Assembly (NCBI GenBank): GCA_963719225.1
Contig: CAVRAY010000001.1
Span: 1,120,001 to 1,184,000, forward strand
Length of the DNA stretch: 64,000 nt
Source of the DNA: Thermoanaerobaculia bacterium
Lineage (GTDB): Bacteria > Acidobacteriota > Thermoanaerobaculia > UBA5066
Direction of reading: 5' to 3'
The notes beneath the pieces were generated by a model. The model saw only the letters and a list, made by a program, of their open reading frames with translations. It did no database searches and was not told where the DNA came from. Numbering within the stretch: the first letter of the stretch is position 1; every line of letters starts with the position of its first letter. This document shows positions 20,992-31,260 of this stretch, piece by piece. The position numbers and the translations under genes were made by a program.

Positions 20992-22848
20992 CTATGCCGC
21001 CGCCTCGCGGTCCTTGAGCTGGAGCGCGTAGAGGCGGGCGTAGAGGCCGTTCTTCGCGAGGAGCTCCGCGTGCGTGCCGGACTCCTTCACCTCGCCGTGG
21101 GAGAGGACGAGGATCTCGTCGGCCCGCACGATCGTCGAGAGGCGGTGGGCGACGACGATCGACGTGCGGCCCGAGAGGACCCGTTGGACGGCGCGCTCGA
21201 TCGTCTTCTCCGTCTCGGGATCGACGGAGGACGTCGCCTCGTCGAGGATGAGGACGCGCGGATCGCGCGCGAGCGCGCGGGCGAAGGCGACGAGCTGCTT
21301 CTCGCCCACCGAGAGGCCGCCGCCGCGCTCGGAGAGCTTCGCGTCGAGGCCTCCCGGGATGCGCGCGAGGAGCGGCGCGAGGCCGACCTCGATGCAGGCC
21401 TCCTCGATCCGCGCGCGCGGCATGTCGGGATCGAAGAAGGAGACGTTGTCCGCGATCGTCCCGGTGAAGAGGAACGTGTCCTGCAGGACGATGCCGAAGT
21501 GCTCGCGCAGGCGGACGGGGTCGTACCGGCGGACGTCCGTGCCGTCCACGAGGACGCGCCCCGAGGTCACGTCGTAGAAGCGCAGGAGGAGGTTCAGGAC
21601 CGTGGACTTGCCCGCGCCCGTCGCGCCCACGAGAGCGACCGTGCGCCCGGGCGGCACCTGGAAGGAGACGCCCTTCAGGATCTCCTCGCCTTTCTTGTAG
21701 GAGAAGCGCACGTCTTCGAAGGCGACGTCGCCGCGAAGGGGTCCCCTCGGGGCGACCGGATCCGCGGGCACCGCGATCTCCGGCTGCGCGTCGAGGAGCT
21801 GGAAGATCCGCTCGGAGGACGCCATCGCGGCCTGCAGGATGTTGTACTTCTCGGAGAGGTCCATGAGCGGGCGGTAGAAGCGCTTGCTGTACTGGAGAAA
21901 CGCGACGACCGCGCCGATCGTCATGCGGCCGCGGAGCACCTCGCCGCCGCCGTACCACACGATCGACGCCATGCCGACCGCCGACAGGAAGTCGAGAGCG
22001 GGATAGAAGACCGAGTAGTAGAAGATCGAGTCGATGTTCGCCTGGCGGTGCGCGTCGTTCACCGCGGCGAAGCTGCGGCGCGACACCGGCTCGTGGCGGA
22101 AGAGCTGCACGACGTTCATTCCGGAGATGTGCTCCTGGAGGAACGCGTTCACGCGGGCGATCTTCACGCGCACGTCGCGGTAGGTGTCGCGCGCTCCCTT
22201 GCGGAACCAGTTCGTCACCCAGAGCATCGGGAGGAGGATCGCGAACGTGATCGCGGCGAGCTTCGTATCGAGCGCGAAGAGGACCGCCACGATCCCCGCG
22301 AGAGCCGCGACGTCGCCGAGGAGCGCGACGAAGCCCGAGGTGAAGAGCTCGTTCAGGGCGTCGACGTCGGTCGTGAGGCGCGTCATGAGCCGGCCCACGG
22401 GCGTCCGGTCGAAAACGGCGATGTCGGCGCGCTGGAGGTGCGAGAAGATCCTCGTCCTGAGGTCGTACATGACGCCCTGGCCCATCTGCGAGGTCCAGGC
22501 GACCATGACCATCATGAAGACGAACGCGAGCGCGGCCATGAGGACCGAGAGCGCCGCGATCCATTCGATGCCGTGCCCCGCCCTCAGGTCGATGCCGAAA
22601 AACCGGAAGAAGCCGTCGACGCCGTGCGCCGCCGGGCCGGCTCCCGTGGCTCCCTTCGTGAACAGGAGATCGATCGCCGCCGCCATGAGGAGCGGCCCCG
22701 CGAGCTGGGCGAGCGACTCGAGGAGCAGCACGACGACGGACCCGACCACGTAGCGGCGGTACGGCCGCGCGAGCGAGAAGAGCCTCTTCGCGAGGCGCAG
22801 CTCGAAGGCTTTCCCGAGGACCTCCTCGTCGTGAGCGGTTTCGGGCAT
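20992..22848 (-). CDS. ABC exporter subunit (TMD+NBD), consensus-site half
   Basis: GATGAGKS, LSVGEKQ, ILDEATS, VAHRLS. Confidence 0.93.
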   Translation of the reverse strand: MPETAHDEEVLGKAFELRLAKRLFSLARPYRRYVVGSVVVLLLESLAQLAGPLLMAAAIDLLFTKGATGAGPAAHGVDGFFRFFGIDLRAGHGIEWIAALSVLMAALAFVFMMVMVAWTSQMGQGVMYDLRTRIFSHLQRADIAVFDRTPVGRLMTRLTTDVDALNELFTSGFVALLGDVAALAGIVAVLFALDTKLAAITFAILLPMLWVTNWFRKGARDTYRDVRVKIARVNAFLQEHISGMNVVQLFRHEPVSRRSFAAVNDAHRQANIDSIFYYSVFYPALDFLSAVGMASIVWYGGGEVLRGRMTIGAVVAFLQYSKRFYRPLMDLSEKYNILQAAMASSERIFQLLDAQPEIAVPADPVAPRGPLRGDVAFEDVRFSYKKGEEILKGVSFQVPPGRTVALVGATGAGKSTVLNLLLRFYDVTSGRVLVDGTDVRRYDPVRLREHFGIVLQDTFLFTGTIADNVSFFDPDMPRARIEEACIEVGLAPLLARIPGGLDAKLSERGGGLSVGEKQLVAFARALARDPRVLILDEATSSVDPETEKTIERAVQRVLSGRTSIVVAHRLSTIVRADEILVLSHGEVKESGTHAELLAKNGLYARLYALQLKDREAAA

Positions 22849-24575
22849 CAGGCGGCCTCCATCTCCTCGGCAAGGCGCTGCCGCTCGGCGATCGCCGCGT
22901 AGACGCCGCCTTTCGCGAGGAGCTCCGCGTGCGTGCCCATCTCGGCGATCCGGCCGCCCTCGAGGACGGCCGCGACGTCCGCGTTCTGGAGCGTGGACAG
23001 GCGGTGCGAAACGAGAAAGACGGTCCGCCCTCCGGCGGTGGCCTTGAGCGCGTCGAGGATCTTCGCCTCGGTCTCCGTGTCGACGGACGAGAACGCGTCG
23101 TCGAGGACGAGGACGGGGGCGTCCGTCAGGAGAGCGCGCGCGAGAGCCGCTCGCTGTTTTTGTCCTCCGGAGAGCGTGATTCCGCGCTCGCCCACGAGCG
23201 TGTCGAGGCCCCTGGGAAACCGCGCGACGTCCGGCGCGAGCCCGGCGGCCACGACGGCGCCCTCGATCTCCCCGCGCGTCGCCGTCGGGCGCCCGAAGGC
23301 CACGTTGTTCGCGAGTGTGTCGGAGAAGAGGAACGTCTCCTGCGGCACGACGGCGACGTTCCGGCGGACGACCGGCAGCGGGATCTCCGTCAGGTCGCGG
23401 CCGCCGATGAAGATCGTGCCCTTCGGCGGATCGTCGAGCCTCAAGAGGAGGTTCAACAGCGTGGACTTGCCGGCTCCCGTACGGCCCACGACGGCGACGG
23501 TCGTGCCGGGCGACACCCGGAAGGTGACGTCCGAGAGGATCGGCCGATCTCCGTGCGCGAACGAGAGCCCCCGGAACTCCACCTCTCCCGAAAGGCGCTC
23601 GCCGCTGTCCGCCTCGGAGGGTTGCGGCGCGGCCTCCCAGATGTCCACCATGCGGTTCCACGACGCCGACCCGCGCTGCCAGAGGTTCACGACCCAGCCC
23701 AGCGCGGTCGCCGGCCAGATCAGCTCGATCATGTAGAGGTTGAACTCCACGTACCGCGCGACCGAGAGCTTCCCCGCGAGGATGAAGTGTCCCCCGGCCC
23801 AGAGCGTGAGAGCGAAACCGACGCCGACGAGGAGCTGGAGGAGCGGGAAGTAGAGCGCGTTCAACCGCGCGAGGCCGAGGTTGCGGCGCTTGAACTCGCG
23901 GTTCTTCGCGTCGAACCGCGATTCCTCGCTGGCCTCGCGCGCGAAGGCGCGTACGAGGCGGGCGCCGGAGAAGTTCTCCTGTGCTTCGGCGGAGATCTCG
24001 GCGAAGAACTCCTGGATCTTCGTGAAGCGCCGGTGCGTCGCCTGGCCCATCACCTTCGTCGCGATGGCGACGATCGGCAGCACCGCGAGGGCGACGCCCG
24101 TCAGGGCGGGCGACACCATGAACATGAGCGCGAGCGCCACGCCGCCGACGAAGAACGTGTTCGCGGCCTGCATGATCCCGGGACCGAGCAGCATGCGCAC
24201 GGCCGAGAGGTCGTTGACGGCGCGGCTCATGAGGTCGCCCACGCGGTTCTTCCGGTACCACGGCGCGGGAAGGCGCAGCAGGTGCTCGAAGAGGTCCTGC
24301 CGCATCTCGTACTCGATGTGGCGCGAGGCGCCGATCAGGATGCGCCGCGTGAGGAAGAGGGCGATCGCGTCGCCCACGGCGAGGAGCACGATGAGCGCCG
24401 CGAGGCGGAAGAGCCGCTCCGGGGTCACGCCCGCGTCGAGCTCCTCGATCGCACGGCGCACGATGCCCGGCATCGCGAGGAAGAGGCCCGTCGAGGCCAG
24501 GATCGATGCGAAGCCGGCCGCATAGGCGCCGGGACGGCGACGGAAATAGCTCAGGAAGCGGGGGAGGTCTCTCAT
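22848..24575 (-). CDS. ABC exporter subunit (TMD+NBD), degenerate Walker B; YheI/TmrB-like partner
   Basis: GRTGAGKS, LSGGQKQR, VLDDAFS (E to D), SHRLS. Confidence 0.93.
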   Translation of the reverse strand: MRDLPRFLSYFRRRPGAYAAGFASILASTGLFLAMPGIVRRAIEELDAGVTPERLFRLAALIVLLAVGDAIALFLTRRILIGASRHIEYEMRQDLFEHLLRLPAPWYRKNRVGDLMSRAVNDLSAVRMLLGPGIMQAANTFFVGGVALALMFMVSPALTGVALAVLPIVAIATKVMGQATHRRFTKIQEFFAEISAEAQENFSGARLVRAFAREASEESRFDAKNREFKRRNLGLARLNALYFPLLQLLVGVGFALTLWAGGHFILAGKLSVARYVEFNLYMIELIWPATALGWVVNLWQRGSASWNRMVDIWEAAPQPSEADSGERLSGEVEFRGLSFAHGDRPILSDVTFRVSPGTTVAVVGRTGAGKSTLLNLLLRLDDPPKGTIFIGGRDLTEIPLPVVRRNVAVVPQETFLFSDTLANNVAFGRPTATRGEIEGAVVAAGLAPDVARFPRGLDTLVGERGITLSGGQKQRAALARALLTDAPVLVLDDAFSSVDTETEAKILDALKATAGGRTVFLVSHRLSTLQNADVAAVLEGGRIAEMGTHAELLAKGGVYAAIAERQRLAEEMEAA

Positions 24576-24700
24576 CTCGGGAGAAGCGGGGCGCGAGGAA
24601 ACGGACGTTCCAGGGCCGCCTTGCGAAATATACAGGACGTTGATGCCGACGCATCATGGACGCCCGGGCCCGAAAGGCCCCAATAGAGAAGGGGGATCCT

Positions 24701-25255
24701 ATGAGTATCCCGTTCGTCCTTCTCGCCCTCCTGGTTCTCGGCCTCCTGACAGCGCTCGTGCTGATTCCGATCGTGCGCGTTTACCGCGGCACGCGCCTCG
24801 TGGCGTGCCCCGAGACGAAGCGGCCGGCCGCCGTGGAGCTCGACGCGATGCGCGCGGCCTTCACGCTGCTCGGGGACGAGCCCGGGCGGTTTCGCCTGAC
24901 GAGCTGCTCGCGCTGGCCCGAAAAGGCGGGGTGCGGGCAGGAATGCCTCTCCGAGGTCGAGCGCGATCCCGGCGCGTGCCTCGTGAGGACGATCGTGGCG
25001 GGATGGTACCGGGGACGGTCGTGCGCCTTCTGCGGGAAGCAGATTCCCGAGGTGACGTGGACGGAGCACCGGCCGGCGCTCGTCGCGCCCGACGGGGTCA
25101 CGGTCTCGTGGACGGATGTGAAGCCGGAAACGCTGCCCGAACTCTTCGCGACGCACAAGCCCGTGTGCTGGGACTGCCACGTCGTGCAGAGCCTCATTCG
25201 CGAGCGCCCGGACGCCATCACCGTGCGCCCGGAGCGGGAGCATCTCTGGAGCTGA
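24701..25255 (+). CDS. Membrane-anchored Cys-rich hypothetical protein (long paralog)
   Basis: N-terminal TM; CPET, CSRWPE, CGQEC, CAFC, CWDCH; AAGGGGG SD. Confidence 0.8.
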   Translation: MSIPFVLLALLVLGLLTALVLIPIVRVYRGTRLVACPETKRPAAVELDAMRAAFTLLGDEPGRFRLTSCSRWPEKAGCGQECLSEVERDPGACLVRTIVAGWYRGRSCAFCGKQIPEVTWTEHRPALVAPDGVTVSWTDVKPETLPELFATHKPVCWDCHVVQSLIRERPDAITVRPEREHLWS

Positions 25256-25280
25256 GGAAGCGGGGTTCGGGAGGTACGTC

Positions 25281-25550
25281 ATGACCATGCTCGTCGCGGG
25301 ACTGATCATTCTCGCCATCGCCTTTTCCGTGATCGGCTTCCTGTGGGTTCTGCCGGCCTGGCGCGACTACAAAGGGACGAAGAGCGTCACGTGCCCGGAA
25401 ACAGGCCAGTCCGCGACCGTGGAGGTCGACGCCGCCCGCGTCGCGCGCACCGCGTGGGCCGGCGTGCCCGAGGTCCGCCTGAAGAACTGCACGCGCTGGC
25501 CCGAGCGCGCCACGTGCGGGCAGGATTGCCTGCTCCAGGTGGAGGGGTAG
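25281..25550 (+). CDS. Membrane-anchored Cys-rich hypothetical protein (short paralog)
   Basis: GGAGG SD; TM; VTCPET, CTRWPE, CGQDCL aligns to the N-half of the upstream gene. Confidence 0.8.
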   Translation: MTMLVAGLIILAIAFSVIGFLWVLPAWRDYKGTKSVTCPETGQSATVEVDAARVARTAWAGVPEVRLKNCTRWPERATCGQDCLLQVEG

Positions 25551-25878
25551 AAGCCGACCCAGGCTTTCGTGCCCCTCGGGGAGATCGAGGCCTGGATCTC
25601 GGGCTACCCGAGCGAGAAGAGGATCCTCCGCAAGGCACGAGAGCGGACGGCAGCCGTCGGCGCCGATGCGCTCGTCCTCGACCGCGAGCGCGACATGCTG
25701 TGGGGACCGCCGACCGTCGGAAATACCGGCGAATCAGACAGAAACATGAAGCTGATCTATGTCAGATTCGCGGCAATCCGGTTTCTTCCCGAAGGCCCAT
25801 CCCAAAACCCGTAGCGCCCGGCCGAGCGGCACCGAAGACAAGGAGGTAAAGACCTCGTAGAATTCGTGCCGAGGGCTT

Positions 25879-26148
25879 ATGAGTCGTGTTGCTGCCAAGA
25901 CCGGCAAGAAAAGAACATCCACCGCGGGCACATTCGTCATGACGAAGTCGGCTACCGGGCGTTTTCTCGACCGAGACCGTCTGGTCCTTCGTCGAGGGGG
26001 CAGGGCCGTGGGAGTCGTAATCTCGATGGACGAGCTGCATTACTTTGAGGAGCTCGAGGACCGGCTGGACGTCCGAGATGCCGAGAAAGCTCTGGCCGAC
26101 CCCAAGCGGATTCCCTACGAAGAGGTCCGACGCAAGCTCGGTCTGTAG
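25879..26148 (+). CDS. Antitoxin, Phd-like C-terminal half
   Basis: LVLRRGG.AVGVVISMDE...EELED..D....A......IPYEEVRRKLGL; overlaps relE start. Confidence 0.75.
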   Translation: MSRVAAKTGKKRTSTAGTFVMTKSATGRFLDRDRLVLRRGGRAVGVVISMDELHYFEELEDRLDVRDAEKALADPKRIPYEEVRRKLGL

Positions 26149-26414
26149 TGGCCTACGAACTCGAGGTCACGAACACCGCGGAGCGGGATCTACTGGCTCT
26201 ATCTCGGAAAATGAGGCTGCGGGTCGACGCCAAGATCCTCACCCTGGCTGATCAACCGCGCCCCGACGGCGTCGTTAAGCTCAAGGGCACCAAGGGTGAT
26301 CTCTGGCGCGTCCGCGTCGGCACCTTTCGGATTCTCTATGCTGTCGACGACGTAAAGAAGATCATCGAGATCTCGCGTGTCCTCGACAGAAAAGAGGCCT
26401 ACCGCGGCCTCTGA
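26148..26414 (+). CDS. relE: RelE/ParE-family toxin
   Basis: YELEV...AERDL, PRPDGVVKLKG, WRVRVG.FRILY.VDD, RKEAYR. Confidence 0.92.
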   Translation: MAYELEVTNTAERDLLALSRKMRLRVDAKILTLADQPRPDGVVKLKGTKGDLWRVRVGTFRILYAVDDVKKIIEISRVLDRKEAYRGL

Positions 26415-26427
26415 CGCGTTCTCCCCC

Positions 26428-26727
26428 CTACCGCCCCGGCACACCGAGCCAGCCGCGCGTGCCGTAGTCCGCGGCCAGGAGCAGGAAGAGGATGAACAGG
26501 AAGAACAGGCCGGACATGATGACGACCGGCACGAGCTTCGTGTTTCCCTTCACGTGCATGAAATAGAGGATGACGAGCGTGGCCTTCGCGACCGCGATGC
26601 CGAGGGCCACGAAGTTGTTCGCGGGCCCGAGGTTCACGAAGGCCGCGAAGACCGTCAGCGCCGTGAACGCCATGAGCGCCAGGAACACGGCGAAATACGT
26701 CTTGAGAGGCTGGACGTGCACCGACAT
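26428..26727 (-). CDS. ctaF: Cytochrome c oxidase subunit IV (caa3 CtaF-like)
   Basis: Y.AVF.AL...TALTV, IAVAKA.LV.LYFMH. Confidence 0.9.
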   Translation of the reverse strand: MSVHVQPLKTYFAVFLALMAFTALTVFAAFVNLGPANNFVALGIAVAKATLVILYFMHVKGNTKLVPVVIMSGLFFLFILFLLLAADYGTRGWLGVPGR

Positions 26728-27374
26728 CAGTGCCTCCCGATGAGATAGAGGAGCGGGAAGAGGAAGATCCACACGAGGTCGACGAAGTGCCAGTAGAGGC
26801 CCGTCCCCTCGAGGAAGTTGTGGTTCTCGGGCGTGTACGCGCCGCCGGCGGCCCGCTTCGCGACGTACACCACGAGGACGATCCCGATGACCATGTGGAG
26901 CGCGTGGAGCCCCGTCATCAGGAAGTAGAGGCTGAAGAAGAGCTGCGCGTGCCCGGCGTCGGGCCCCTCGAAGTGGAAGCTCGCGCCCGGGACGTGGTGC
27001 TCGACGAACTTCTCGTGGTATTCGAATCCCTTCACGACGAGGAAGGTCGTCCCGAGGAGAAGCGTGAGAACGAGGAAGAGAGCCGAGAGCTTTCCCTTGC
27101 CGGTCTGGCCCCCGCGCACGGCGAGCGCCATCGTGAGCGAGCTCGCGATGAGGACGACGGTGTTGAACGTGCCGAGCTGGATCGAAAGCGTGTGGCTGGA
27201 GGCCCGGAAGACCTCCGGATAGAGCGAGCGGTAGAGGGCGTACGCCGCGAAGAGGCCGCCGAAGAACAGGATCTCCGTGACGAGAAAGATCCAGATCCCG
27301 AGCGAGGCGGAGTCCTTCTGCTGCTCGTAGCTGTCGAAATGGTGTGCGAGCGTCCCGTGCGCGTCAGGAGCCAA
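26727..27374 (-). CDS. ctaE: Cytochrome c oxidase subunit III
   Basis: [31 protein letters not shown]. Confidence 0.95.
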   Translation of the reverse strand: MAPDAHGTLAHHFDSYEQQKDSASLGIWIFLVTEILFFGGLFAAYALYRSLYPEVFRASSHTLSIQLGTFNTVVLIASSLTMALAVRGGQTGKGKLSALFLVLTLLLGTTFLVVKGFEYHEKFVEHHVPGASFHFEGPDAGHAQLFFSLYFLMTGLHALHMVIGIVLVVYVAKRAAGGAYTPENHNFLEGTGLYWHFVDLVWIFLFPLLYLIGRH

Positions 27375-29034
27375 CGGCCACCTCCGGGGAAGGTCCTCGC
27401 GCCGGATAGGTGTACGGCGGCGCGATGACGACCGGTTGGACCTTGAAGTTCTCGACGGGCGGCGGCGACGTCGTCTGCCACTCGAGGCCCGTCGCCCCCC
27501 ACGGGTTCGGAGGGGCCTTCGGGCCGTAGCGCATCGACCAGATGAAGTAGACGAGAGGCATGAGGTAGCCGAAGCCGAGGATCGTCGCGCCCGCGGACGA
27601 CATGACGTTCAGGACCTGGAACTCCGGCGGGTAGGCGTGATAGCGCCGCGGCATTCCGAGGTAGCCCAGGATGAACTGCGGGAAGAACGTGACGTTGAAC
27701 CCGACGAAGACGGTGAGCGCCGACAGCTTCGACCAGAAAGCCGGATAGAGCCGGCCCGTGATTTTCGGCCACCAGAAGTGCAGGCCGCCGAGGTAGCCCA
27801 TGATCGCGCCGCCCACCATGATGTAGTGGAAGTGCGCGATGATGAAATACGTGTCGTGCACGTGCGCGTCGATGCCGAGCGTCGCGAGCATGACGCCGGT
27901 CAGCCCGCCGATCGTGAAGAGGCCGATGAACCCGAGCGCGTAGATCATCGGCGTGTCCCACGAGATCGAGCCCTTGTAGAGCGTGGCCGTCCAGTTGAAG
28001 ACCTTGATGGCCGAGGGCACCGCGACGAGCATCGAGAGGACCGAGAAGACGACGCCGGCGTAGATCGACTGGCCCGCCACGAACATGTGATGGCCCCACA
28101 CGAGGAAGCCCAGGACCGCGATGCCGATGGAGGCGAAGGCGACGAACCTGTAGCCGAAGATCGGCTTTCGCGCGAACGTGGCCACGAGCTCCGAGATGAC
28201 GCCCATGGACGGCAGAATCATGATGTAGACGGCGGGATGCGAGTAGAACCAGAAGAGGTGCTGGAAGAGGACGGGATCGCCGCCGAGCTTCGGGTCGAAG
28301 ACCCCGATGTGAAGCGCGCGCTCGGCCGCGACGAGGAGGATCGTGATCGCGATGACCGGCGTCCCGAGGATCTGGATGATGCTCGTCGCGTAGTGGCCCC
28401 ACACGAAGAGCGGCAGCCGGAACCACGTGAGGCCCGGCGCGCGCATGCGGTGGATCGTGACGACGAAGTTCAGGCCCGTCAGGATCGACGAGAAGCCGGC
28501 GATGAAGATGCCGACCCCCACGGTGATCACGGACGTATTCACGTAGTTCGTCGAGAGCGGCGTGTAGAACGTCCATCCCGTGTCGACGCCGCCGTGGAGG
28601 AGAGCCCAGAGCGTGAGCGCGCCGCCGATCGTGTAGAGGTACCAGGAGAAGAGGTTGATGCGCGGGAACGCGAGGTCCTTGGCGCCGATCATGAGCGGGA
28701 TCAGGAAATTCCCGAGGACGGCGGGGATCCCGGGGATCAGGAAGAAGAAGATCATCAGGACGCCGTGCATCGTGAACAGGCGGTTGTAGATGTCCGGCTG
28801 GAAGAGATCACCTTCCGGCGTCGCGAGCTCCATGCGGATGAGGACCGCCATGAGGCCGCCGAGCGCGAAGAAGACGCTGATCGAGACGAGATAGAGAAGC
28901 GCGATCCTCTTGTGGTCCCTCGTCAACAGCCACGATTTCAAGCCGTACGCGGCGTTGAGGTAATGGACGCGCGGGCTGCCGTCCGCGTGCGTCGTCCCCG
29001 GCGCGGGGTCCCGGGGCGCTTTCGCCGCGGTCAT
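27364..29034 (-). CDS. ctaD: Cytochrome c oxidase subunit I, A2-type
   Basis: [23 protein letters not shown] (YS motif of A2), WGHH, HFH, GMPRRY. Confidence 0.97.
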   Translation of the reverse strand: MTAAKAPRDPAPGTTHADGSPRVHYLNAAYGLKSWLLTRDHKRIALLYLVSISVFFALGGLMAVLIRMELATPEGDLFQPDIYNRLFTMHGVLMIFFFLIPGIPAVLGNFLIPLMIGAKDLAFPRINLFSWYLYTIGGALTLWALLHGGVDTGWTFYTPLSTNYVNTSVITVGVGIFIAGFSSILTGLNFVVTIHRMRAPGLTWFRLPLFVWGHYATSIIQILGTPVIAITILLVAAERALHIGVFDPKLGGDPVLFQHLFWFYSHPAVYIMILPSMGVISELVATFARKPIFGYRFVAFASIGIAVLGFLVWGHHMFVAGQSIYAGVVFSVLSMLVAVPSAIKVFNWTATLYKGSISWDTPMIYALGFIGLFTIGGLTGVMLATLGIDAHVHDTYFIIAHFHYIMVGGAIMGYLGGLHFWWPKITGRLYPAFWSKLSALTVFVGFNVTFFPQFILGYLGMPRRYHAYPPEFQVLNVMSSAGATILGFGYLMPLVYFIWSMRYGPKAPPNPWGATGLEWQTTSPPPVENFKVQPVVIAPPYTYPARGPSPEVAVGS

Positions 29035-30002
29035 TTCCGGACCTCCGCCGTCGTGGCCGAAGCGGCCTTGAGCGATTTGACGTAGTTGACGAGCTGGATG
29101 AGCTCCTCCTCGGAAACCTGCCCCTTGAACGTGGGCATGACGGGCTGGTAGCCCGCCACGACCTTCGCGGCGGGGTTCAGGATCGATTCGCGGACGTAGT
29201 CCTCGTTCACGAGGGCCTTCGTGCCGTCGTTCAGGGAGGCGTGCGTCCCGAACACCCCGTTCAGGATCGGCGCGCGCGCCGAGCTGTCGGGCCGGTGGCA
29301 CGTGTTGCAGGACTTCGCGACGAACAGATCCTCGCCGGACGCGACCGCGGAGGGCCCCGTCTTCTCGCCCGCGAGCCAGGCCTCGTAGGCGCGCGGCTCC
29401 ATGACGACGATGTGGCCGACCATCTTCGAGTGCTCGACGCCGCAGTACTGGCCGCAGAAGAGATGGAACGAGCCGGTGCGGTTCGCCTTGAACCAGTACG
29501 TCGTGTAGCGCGAGGGGAGGACGTCCACGTGGACGCGGAACGCCGGCACGTAGAAGTCGTGGATGACGTCCTCGGAGATCATCCTCAGCCGCACCGCCCT
29601 GCCGACCGGGACGTGAAGCTCGTTGATCTCGCGCCGCCCGTCGGGATGCTGGATCTTCCACATCCACTGGCGGCCCGTGACCCAGTACTCCACCGCGCCC
29701 GCGGGCGGCCGGTTCTGCTCGAAGAAGACCTTCGTGCCCCACCCGAAGAGGACCAGGAGAAGGGTGAGCGGGATGACGGACCACACGAGCTCGAGGACGT
29801 GGGATTTCGGGTTCGTCTCGTAGATGTCGACCCCGACCTCGTCGTCCTTCCGGCGCCGGTACTTCACCATGAAGACGAGGACGAGAATCGCGATGAGGGC
29901 CGAGAAGAAGACGAGACCCGAGAGCGCGAAGAGCATGAGGTGGTCGACGGACCTGGCGACGTCCGAAGCCTGCTCGGGGAGGAGCGGCGAGCCCGGGATC
30001 AT
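29031..30002 (-). CDS. ctaC: Cytochrome c oxidase subunit II with fused cytochrome c (caa3)
   Basis: DVIHDF and [12 protein letters not shown] CuA motif; C-terminal CNTCH heme motif with MP ligand. Confidence 0.95.
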   Translation of the reverse strand: MIPGSPLLPEQASDVARSVDHLMLFALSGLVFFSALIAILVLVFMVKYRRRKDDEVGVDIYETNPKSHVLELVWSVIPLTLLLVLFGWGTKVFFEQNRPPAGAVEYWVTGRQWMWKIQHPDGRREINELHVPVGRAVRLRMISEDVIHDFYVPAFRVHVDVLPSRYTTYWFKANRTGSFHLFCGQYCGVEHSKMVGHIVVMEPRAYEAWLAGEKTGPSAVASGEDLFVAKSCNTCHRPDSSARAPILNGVFGTHASLNDGTKALVNEDYVRESILNPAAKVVAGYQPVMPTFKGQVSEEELIQLVNYVKSLKAASATTAEVRK

Positions 30003-30832
30003 CGGGGCGCCCCCGCGCGCTCGCGCCGCAGCATGATCGTCACGAAGCCCGCGACGAGGACGAGCGTGATCACCGCGCCGCCCCGCACGAGGTTGCGCAC
30101 CGTGGCCGTGTAGCGGCCCGCCTTCGGGTCGTAGTGGAAGCAGAGAAGGAGGAGCTGGTCGACGACGTTGCCGATCCTCTCCTCCGACGCCTCGATGAGC
30201 GCGAGGCGGAGGTCCTTCGCCGGGTATTCGATCCCGAAGAACACCTTCGCGATGCGCCCCTGCGGAGTCAGGACCGTGATGCCGGTCGCGTGCGCGAATT
30301 GCTTCTGTTCCGCGTCCCAGACGTACCGGAACCCGAGGGCCTTCGTGAGCGCCGCGACGGATGCGGCGTCGCCGGTCAGGAAATGCCATCCGCCCGGCCC
30401 GCTCTGCCGCCCGTATTGCGCCATGACCGTGCGCTTCTTCTCGGACGCCATCTCGGCCGTCTCGCGCGGGTCGAAGCTCACGGACAGGATCTCGTAGTCG
30501 GCGCCCGGCTCGAACCTGAGGGCGCGCACGCTCCTCACGAGGCCGTCGGTCGTCATGCCGCAGAGCATCGGGCAGTTGAAGTAGACGAGGGACAGGACGA
30601 CGGGACGTTTCCCGAAGTACTTCGAGAGGCGGACGCTTGCACCGGTCTCGTCGCGGAAGACGAGATCGAGCGGAACCGACTCTCCGAGCCGCTGGTCGAA
30701 TCCGACGTCCTTGACGGGAGGCGGAGGAAGCGGGAGGTCCGGCGGCGGGGAGCCGGGAGCTCCCGAGGCGTCCGCTCGCACGGCGGGAAAGAGGATGAGC
30801 CCGAGGAGCGCGAGACGCACGATGCGCGTCAT
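29999..30832 (-). CDS. SCO1/SenC copper chaperone
   Basis: YFNCPMLC (CxxxC), SFDP, WHFLTG, FAH. Confidence 0.92.
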   Translation of the reverse strand: MTRIVRLALLGLILFPAVRADASGAPGSPPPDLPLPPPPVKDVGFDQRLGESVPLDLVFRDETGASVRLSKYFGKRPVVLSLVYFNCPMLCGMTTDGLVRSVRALRFEPGADYEILSVSFDPRETAEMASEKKRTVMAQYGRQSGPGGWHFLTGDAASVAALTKALGFRYVWDAEQKQFAHATGITVLTPQGRIAKVFFGIEYPAKDLRLALIEASEERIGNVVDQLLLLCFHYDPKAGRYTATVRNLVRGGAVITLVLVAGFVTIMLRRERAGAPR

Positions 30833-31260
30833 GGCGCAGCCACCGCGGCGGGAGCGGGCGGCATGGGCGGTCGCGGGGGCAGGCCGCGCGCGGTGACGAT
30901 CTCGAGAGCGCGGTCCACCGGGACGCGCGCGACGGACTTCTCGCGATCGACCCAGGCCCACGCCTCAAGCTCTGCGTCCTCGGCGGCGCGGAAAGCCGCG
31001 AGGTCGGAGCTGGGATTCGGCTGCAGGTTCGGCGCCGGGGGCACGCGCGCCTCCCGGGCCTGCGCGAGAGCGGGCGGAGCGGGGTCCTTCCGCGCGAGCG
31101 AGCCCCTGAAGAGCATCGCGACGCCCCACATGAGGCCCATGACGACGAGCGTCACGGCGACGAGCCCCCCGACGAAGGCGAAGATGCCGCGGAAATTCAG
31201 CTCGCCATCGACGGGGCCGCCGGAGGAATCGGGAGCGTGGGACGCCGGCCGCTCAACCAT
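30829..31260 (-). CDS. Single-TM accessory subunit of alternative complex III (ActG-like)
   Basis: Position between actF and SCO; one TM; PPAP.LQ..P and W.D......R.P...A motifs. Confidence 0.65.
   Translation of the reverse strand: MVERPASHAPDSSGGPVDGELNFRGIFAFVGGLVAVTLVVMGLMWGVAMLFRGSLARKDPAPPALAQAREARVPPAPNLQPNPSSDLAAFRAAEDAELEAWAWVDREKSVARVPVDRALEIVTARGLPPRPPMPPAPAAVAAP

Noticed and set aside
25569-25814. 81-aa ORF between the Cys-rich pair and the TA module
   Set aside because: No SD or recognisable motif and atypical codons; it may be a remnant but cannot be supported.
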